Assembly (NCBI GenBank): GCA_964466675.1
Contig: CAYXSE010000002.1
Span: 5,679 to 54,588 of the forward strand
Reading direction: 5' to 3'
Length of the DNA stretch: 48,910 bases
DNA from: an uncultured Rhodothermales bacterium
GTDB taxonomy: Bacteria > Bacteroidota > Rhodothermia > Rhodothermales > UBA10348
Shown here: positions 44,834 through 48,910 of the stretch, one piece after another
Numbering within the stretch: the stretch's first letter is position 1
How the letters are laid out: the number at the start of each line of letters is the position of its first letter
The notes under the pieces: generated by a model
What the model saw: only the letters and a program-made list of their open reading frames with translations
What the model was told of the DNA's origin: nothing
The model's database searches: none
Position numbers and translations under genes: made by a program

Positions 44834-44871
44834 ACCCAACAGTGCCCCTCTCCCCAAAACACTTCTTCACA

Positions 44872-45753
44872 ATGGCTAGGTACGCATCACTCTTTCTGGC
44901 GACGGTGGTCGTCTTGGTTTCGTTCTTGAATGAGGCCCGATCCCAGGACACGACGGCGACGAACGTCTGGCAAAGGACCCTCGTTGGCCAGGCCACGGGG
45001 GCTCAGGCCGGCTTCTCCAACTGGGCCGAAGGTGGCGTGAGTACCGTCGCACTGACGCTGGGTGTCGACGGCACCGCCGAACGCGGGGGCGATTCCTGGA
45101 CGCAGAAACACGACCTTCGGTTTTCGTTTGGCCTCGTTCGCCAGGACACCCTTGATTTCCGCAAGGCGGAAGATCTCATCCGTGTTCGTTCAGCGTTTCA
45201 GTTCGCGGGCGGCGAGGGCATTCTGGCGGTATTTCAGCCGACACTGGCTGCCAGCGCGCGGTCGCAGTTTGCACCGGGTCAGAACTTCGACGAAGACCCG
45301 ACCCAAGCGGGGCGCGCCCTCCCCGTGAAGGTATCGGACTTCTTCTCCCCTGCCACGTTCACGCAGACCATCGGTCTGACATATACGCACTCATGGTTCT
45401 CGCAGCGGTTGGGCATCGCTGCCAAGGAGACTGTAGTGAGCATCGAACGTCTGCGGCCTCTGTATAACATCTCGGTAGACAAAAGCGTTCGAGCCGAGTT
45501 AGGCATAGAGGCCTTCTCAGAGATCGATAGGGTGTTGGCCAAGAATGTCCACTACAAATCGACACTAGGTCTGTTTGCTGCATTCAACAAACCAGATGCG
45601 CCGGATTTGATTTGGGAGAACCTCATCGCCATGAAAGTCAACACTTGGCTGAACGTCAGCATCGAATGGACTTTGATCTATGACACCGACGTGGCCTCGG
45701 AGCTTCAGGCCAAGGAGGTGTTCTCAATCGGAATCTCGTACATCTTCGTGTGA
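44872..45753 (+). CDS. DUF3078-family outer-membrane beta-barrel protein
   Basis: Signal peptide MARYASLFLATVVVLVSFLNEARSQ. GFSNWAEGGVSTVAL matches the DUF3078 signature (S/N-W-x-x-GG). The end is barrel-like (...FSIGISYIFV). Confidence 0.75.
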   Translation: MARYASLFLATVVVLVSFLNEARSQDTTATNVWQRTLVGQATGAQAGFSNWAEGGVSTVALTLGVDGTAERGGDSWTQKHDLRFSFGLVRQDTLDFRKAEDLIRVRSAFQFAGGEGILAVFQPTLAASARSQFAPGQNFDEDPTQAGRALPVKVSDFFSPATFTQTIGLTYTHSWFSQRLGIAAKETVVSIERLRPLYNISVDKSVRAELGIEAFSEIDRVLAKNVHYKSTLGLFAAFNKPDAPDLIWENLIAMKVNTWLNVSIEWTLIYDTDVASELQAKEVFSIGISYIFV

Positions 45754-45938
45754 GGAGTTTGACGCTTTGGCCCGACTCGGCGTTCGAGTATGGCAAGCTG
45801 CCCTTATCCGAGCACATCCTGAACACCCTCGATCACCCGGATCGCGTTCAGACCCTGTTCAGTGACCGCCCGAAGACGAAGGAGCTGTTCCGGCGCGGTG
45901 TGATACCGCTCACGTGCTCACGTGCTCACGTAGCCTAG
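45750..45938 (+). CDS. possible 62-aa CDS or truncated gene remnant ending in an octamer repeat
   Basis: GTG 45750 overlaps the DUF3078 stop (GTGTGA). The composition is balanced and protein-like (...FEYGKLPLSEHILNTLDHPDRVQTLFSDRPKTKELFRRGVIPL...). No family recognised. Confidence 0.3.
   Translation: MRSLTLWPDSAFEYGKLPLSEHILNTLDHPDRVQTLFSDRPKTKELFRRGVIPLTCSRAHVA
45908..45931 (+). repeat. perfect 3 x 8-nt tandem repeat GCTCACGT (creates two CACGTG palindromes)
   Basis: GCTCACGT GCTCACGT GCTCACGT read directly at 45908-45931, immediately before the TAG of the 62-aa ORF. Confidence 0.95.
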
Positions 45939-46013
45939 CCCAGGGTGAGGGGTGTATCGCTCGCCGCGAATCCGTCAGCCGTTCCGGAACTCCCGAATGG
46001 CGATCACCGTACT

Positions 46014-46031
46014 ACGTATAACGTTATGCGT
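46014..46031 (+). promoter_or_regulatory. candidate HigA operator: imperfect 18-bp palindrome with a perfect 10-bp core ATAACGTTAT
   Basis: ACGTATAACGTTATGCGT spans 46014-46031 with core 46018-46027. It overlaps a TATAAC -10-like hexamer and ends 9 nt before the higB GTG. An adjacent CGTTATG CGTTATG tandem lies at 46022-46035. Confidence 0.4.
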
Positions 46032-46039
46032 TATGTTTT

Positions 46040-46333
46040 GTGATTGTCTCTTTCGCAGACTCCGGGACTGAGGACGTCTTCGACCGCGCGCGGTCGAAAC
46101 GTGCAGGAAAGAGTTGTCCTGCTGATCTCTGGAGAGTGGCCAGGCGCAAGCTTGACATGCTCAACCAGGCAGAAGTCCTCGATGATCTTAGGTATCCCCC
46201 CGGGAATAGACTTGAGAAACTTAAAGGGGACCGCGGCACACAGCATAGCATCCGGATTAACAATCAGTATCGAGTCTGCTTCGTCTGGACGACTCAAGGT
46301 CCAGCCGGAGTCGAAATCGTAGATTACCACTAG
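46040..46333 (+). CDS. higB: type II toxin HigB (RelE/ParE superfamily, killer protein)
   Basis: 97 aa. (V)IVSFADSGTEDVF...LDMLNQAEVLDDLRYPPGNRLEKLKGDRGTQHSIRINNQYRVCFVW...VEIVDYH is the canonical HigB pattern. GTG start. Confidence 0.85.
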   Translation: MIVSFADSGTEDVFDRARSKRAGKSCPADLWRVARRKLDMLNQAEVLDDLRYPPGNRLEKLKGDRGTQHSIRINNQYRVCFVWTTQGPAGVEIVDYH

Positions 46334-46335
46334 CC

Positions 46336-46641
46336 ATGGCTCGACTTCCCAAGAACGCCCCCCCAACGCACCCGGGTGAGATGCTCCTCGAGGAGTTTCT
46401 CAAGCCGCTCGGGATGACTCAGGTTGAGTTGGCCGAGCGCGTGCACGTGTCCTATCCGCGTGTCAATGAAATCGTTCGCTGCAAGCGCGGAATAACTCCC
46501 GATACCGCGCTTCGTCTCGCCGCGCTATTCGGAACGACACCCGAATTCTGGCTGAACGGCCAGAGGAACTGGGACTTGTGGCACGCCAAGCGCGCACCGA
46601 CCGCCACGGTTCTGAAGTCAATCCGGCGCGTGAGTGCATGA
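46336..46641 (+). CDS. higA: type II antitoxin HigA (XRE-type HTH)
   Basis: 101 aa. HPGEMLLEEFLKPLGMTQVELAERVHVSYPRVNEIVRCKRGITPDTALRLAALFGTTPEFWLNGQ is the canonical HigA HTH. It starts 2 nt after the higB stop. Confidence 0.88.
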   Translation: MARLPKNAPPTHPGEMLLEEFLKPLGMTQVELAERVHVSYPRVNEIVRCKRGITPDTALRLAALFGTTPEFWLNGQRNWDLWHAKRAPTATVLKSIRRVSA

Positions 46642-46710
46642 TCTCGGCCTCGGCTCCGGAGAACCAACGCTTCTTGCGGACTCGCCCCGAGCCGCCGGAT
46701 TTCAACCGTT

Positions 46711-47214
46711 TTAGTCTACCGGATCGGCGCTCAGCCCTCCCCCTCGGACCGTAGCTCCCAACACGATCCCGGCTCCAATCAGCACCAGGTTCTTGATGAT
46801 ATACTGACCCTCCAATGTCAACGCGTGCGGGAATTGAGTCCAGACCACCTCGGGTAGGACGACCATGGGCAGCGCCGTGCCCGGCATTTGTAGAAAGAGC
46901 AGCAGGAGAGTCGTGCGCATGAACCTTCCGGTGATCAGCCCGAGCCCGATGAGCGCCTCCCAGCCGGCCAGAATCGGCATGAAATAGTCTGGGTCCACGA
47001 AATACACGGTGTTCCGGACCAACCCCTCGGCCGGGCTCAGGCCCGGGAAAAATTTGAGCAGGCCGAACCAGAAGAACACGATCCCAAGGCCGACTCTCAA
47101 CACCGGGAGTCCATGGCGGGCCATCCATTGGACGATCGTCTGATCCCATCGATCGAGTCTGGCGGTCAAATCGGCCGAGCGGCTGCCGCTCCTCGGATAT
47201 TCTGGCGTGTTCAT
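46711..47214 (-). CDS. DoxX/DUF417-like small polytopic membrane protein
   Basis: 167 aa with four hydrophobic helices (...[19 protein letters not shown]...[14 protein letters not shown]...[15 protein letters not shown]...). Family call is approximate. Confidence 0.65.
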   Translation of the reverse strand: MNTPEYPRSGSRSADLTARLDRWDQTIVQWMARHGLPVLRVGLGIVFFWFGLLKFFPGLSPAEGLVRNTVYFVDPDYFMPILAGWEALIGLGLITGRFMRTTLLLLFLQMPGTALPMVVLPEVVWTQFPHALTLEGQYIIKNLVLIGAGIVLGATVRGGGLSADPVD

Positions 47215-47446
47215 CGGTATCGGTGTCTAGCGGGTACGAAATATCCTGACTGATCCTGACAATCGCCACCCCGGAAACCCGTCGACCGATCAAGCGAACC
47301 CCGTTTCGCTTGTGAATGGGAGTACAAAACGCTGAGACCTCTCAGCGGATTGAAAAGGCGCTCTGTGAATAGGCACGATCTACATAACGCTGACGTGGAT
47401 CGTTGCTCGGCCAAGACTTACTATTCTGCCACGACCACAACCACCT

Positions 47447-47530
47447 GCCCCGGTGGCGGAACTGGTAGACGCATGCGACTCAAAATCGTATGTCCGTGAG
47501 GACGTGGGGGTTCGAGTCCCCCCCGGGGTA
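47447..47530 (+). tRNA. tRNA-Leu (anticodon CAA), class II with a long variable arm; CCA not encoded
   Basis: Hand-folded. Acceptor GCCCCGG/CCGGGGT; D-arm GCGG...GGTAGAC; anticodon stem TGCGA/TCGTA with loop CTCAAAA; variable arm GTCCGTGAGGAC; T-arm GGGGG-TTCGAGT-CCCCC; discriminator A. Near-collinear with E. coli tRNA-Leu(CAA) as recalled from memory. Confidence 0.93.
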
Positions 47531-48241
47531 CTGTCACTAAGGCGCAACACGGAGGGCCCGCAAGCCAATATGGGTTCGACATTCGACGACCCGGACGCTT
47601 CCTTCCATACATCTCCTGCTGCCATCGAAGGTCCGTGAGCACATCGCGCTACCTTCACATCGCGCGGGGGGCCCGCCTCCGCCGGCGGACCGTTGGGAGA
47701 CACACCATGAAGTATGAGGCAACGGTGCCTCCGGCGAACACCAGTTCTGAAGGGGCCCCGAGGTATAGTGTCCCACTTGGGGCGACCGCTGGTAGAGGAC
47801 TGGTGGGCGACCAGAATTCCCCAGTTGCGCCCCGGTAGTGGGCGAAGCCCCGGCATGGGAACGCGAAGCGTGGGGAAGTCCGAAAAGGACACAACGGGCA
47901 TCCGAATGCGGACCGGCTCCATCCGCTGATTGCCAAACGGATCGGAGAGGCGCAGGCCGCTGTGCTAGACTTGAAACTGGCCAGCAGCCATGTAACCCCG
48001 GCAGCCATCAAAGGGGCGCTCCGCGCTACTCCCCGAGAGAGAGCCGATTTGCCTTTGGCCACCCTGTTGGAACTTCAATTGCAAACGGTCCGGGAGCCAC
48101 CTGCCTATTCATTGTTATCACTTGTGACGGTGATTCGCGATGTGTTGTACGAACTCATGCGTCGACACCGTCATTTCACACCTGGTTGATCTGATGAATG
48201 AGGATGTAGAACAATAGTCCTCCCATCGGGGCGAAACGACC

Positions 48242-48619
48242 ATGACAAGCCTTCGGCATTCCTTAGCTGGCAAAATTACCCCGATCATACCAACGCTTCG
48301 GTTTGTTCTAGGCATCCTGATGCTTGTCGGCCTTAGCATCATGGCGTTCGTCAAGCCGCCAGTTCTCGGAGAGTGGCTGTTCTGGATCCAGATCTTCGCC
48401 TATCTCGCGGCTGCGTTGAGCCGGCGATATGTTGCCGCTGCCTGGACGATGTCCGCGCTCTTGGTGCTGATGGCAATGGCGACTCTACTTGCCCCCGTAA
48501 TGGGCTGGGCACTGCCATTGTTCGTCGCTGATCGGTTCCGCGGTTTTTTCGTGCCACTTGGGATTGCATGGTTCCTGCGCCACAGAACACCGGTGGTGGT
48601 GACCGCGGAGATTCCATGA
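48242..48619 (+). CDS. small polytopic membrane protein, unknown function
   Basis: 125 aa with ~4 hydrophobic helices (FVLGILMLVGLSIMAF, WLFWIQIFAYLAAAL, MSALLVLMAMATLLAPVMGWALPLF, FFVPLGIAWFL). Confidence 0.5.
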   Translation: MTSLRHSLAGKITPIIPTLRFVLGILMLVGLSIMAFVKPPVLGEWLFWIQIFAYLAAALSRRYVAAAWTMSALLVLMAMATLLAPVMGWALPLFVADRFRGFFVPLGIAWFLRHRTPVVVTAEIP

Positions 48620-48622
48620 TTT

Positions 48623-48845
48623 TTGATCATCTCCATCTTAGGCTCTCTCGGGATGGGGCCAGCCTCTGCAACGATCGCGAGAACTGTCTCAGGCGCGGAA
48701 GGCCAGCAGGCCATAGAGGGAGCGCATGTATTTCTCAACGAAACCGCCATGGGTGCGGTGACCGATGCGACAGGTGCATTCTCCATCTCGGGGGTAACCG
48801 GTGGAAACTATGAGATTGTCGTATCCAGAATCGGGTATCGGACCC
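48623..48845 (+). pseudogene. 5' fragment of a TonB-dependent-receptor-like gene (signal peptide + carboxypeptidase-regulatory-like domain)
   Basis: This ORF is not in the supplied track and was read by hand. TTG 48623 gives LIISILGSLGMGPASATIARTVSGAEGQQAIEGAHVFLNETAMGAVTDATGAFSISGVTGGNYEIVVSRIGYRTP, the classic CarboxypepD_reg pattern (GA.V...TD..G.F.I......Y.IVVS.IGY). The signature stops at ~48845, where a DUF433 signature begins in another frame. Confidence 0.45.
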
Positions 48846-48910
48846 CGATATCTTGGGTGGAACTCCCGTGTTCACCGGCACGCGAGTTCCGATCGATACC
48901 CTCTGGGTCT
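48841..48910 (+). CDS. DUF433-family (antitoxin-like) protein, 5' region; runs off the window; no canonical start codon
   Basis: Frame 1 reads DPDILGGTPVFTGTRVPIDTLWV, matching the DUF433 core (DP.I..G.P...GTR.PV). Upstream in frame there are only 9 codons (DCRIQNRVS) after TGA 48811-13. The nearest ATG (48810) is in a different frame. Confidence 0.5.

Noticed and set aside
46642-46710. Bidirectional terminator between higA and the DoxX-like gene
   Set aside because: Only weak, interrupted complementarity (CGGCTC...GAGCCG, AGAA...TTCT) and no U/A tracts, so it is not supportable as a feature.
47571-47610. tmRNA/SRP look-alikes: GGGUUCGAC...UUCGACG on plus, GGAAGGAAGC on minus
   Set aside because: There is no GGGG 5' acceptor with a matching ...CCACCA 3' end and no tag-ORF ending in Ala-Ala-stop. 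The SRP GGAA tetraloop lacks its closing UCC/GGA helix.
47871-47925. RNase P P4-like string GGGGAAGUCCG ... GGCUCCAU
   Set aside because: The universal GGAAAGUCCGGGC is interrupted by ~32 nt. No ACAGAACCCGGCUUA-type 3' partner was found on either strand of the tract.
47962-48189. 75-aa ORF (VLDLKLASSHVTPAAIKG...VIRDVLYELMRRHRHFTPG) as a stand-alone gene
   Set aside because: The composition is partly protein-like, but it has a GTG start only and no recognisable family. Third-position GC, counted by hand, is not distinguishable from neighbouring non-coding frames. It is kept as a caveat inside the 711-nt finding rather than called.
48191-48236. Hammerhead-ribozyme-like CUGAUGA (48191-97) ... 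GAAA (48233-36)
   Set aside because: The nucleotides after CUGAUGA (AUGAGGA) cannot pair with those before GAAA (CGGGGC). The only helix (GAGGA/UCCUC) is not adjacent to the core, so stem II of a hammerhead cannot form.

Overview
GC-rich bacterial chromosomal window. T9SS C-terminal sorting domains, a DUF3078 barrel, a SusC-like N-terminal domain and a TamA/TamB pair point to Bacteroidota/Rhodothermota; this lineage call is inference. About 45 kb is tightly packed core genome. It holds valS, a deoxynucleoside kinase and clpX. A ~17 kb co-directional array runs yihY-tamA-tamB-mlaEFD-(unknown membrane protein)-tgt-ispH-methyltransferase-two lipoproteins-M20 dipeptidase. A minus-strand cluster encodes secreted hydrolases (beta-lactamase-fold hydrolase, M14 carboxypeptidase, small lipoprotein, thermolysin-clan protease). 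A channel/barrel neighbourhood follows (Big_2+DM13 protein, beta-barrel, GluR0-type ligand-gated K+ channel, MscS, DUF3078). The last ~3 kb (45.75-48.9 kb) looks accessory. It contains a small ORF ending in an octamer microsatellite, a HigBA module with a palindromic operator candidate, a DoxX-like gene and tRNA-Leu(CAA). After the tRNA come a 711-nt ORF-poor tract, a small membrane protein, and an abrupt junction between a receptor N-terminal fragment and a start-less DUF433 gene at the window edge. No CRISPR array, rRNA, transposase or integrase was seen. The least explained signal is the 711-nt tract 3' of the tRNA, which could be a large structured RNA or a decayed integrated element. All family assignments come from motif recognition by eye, with no searches run.
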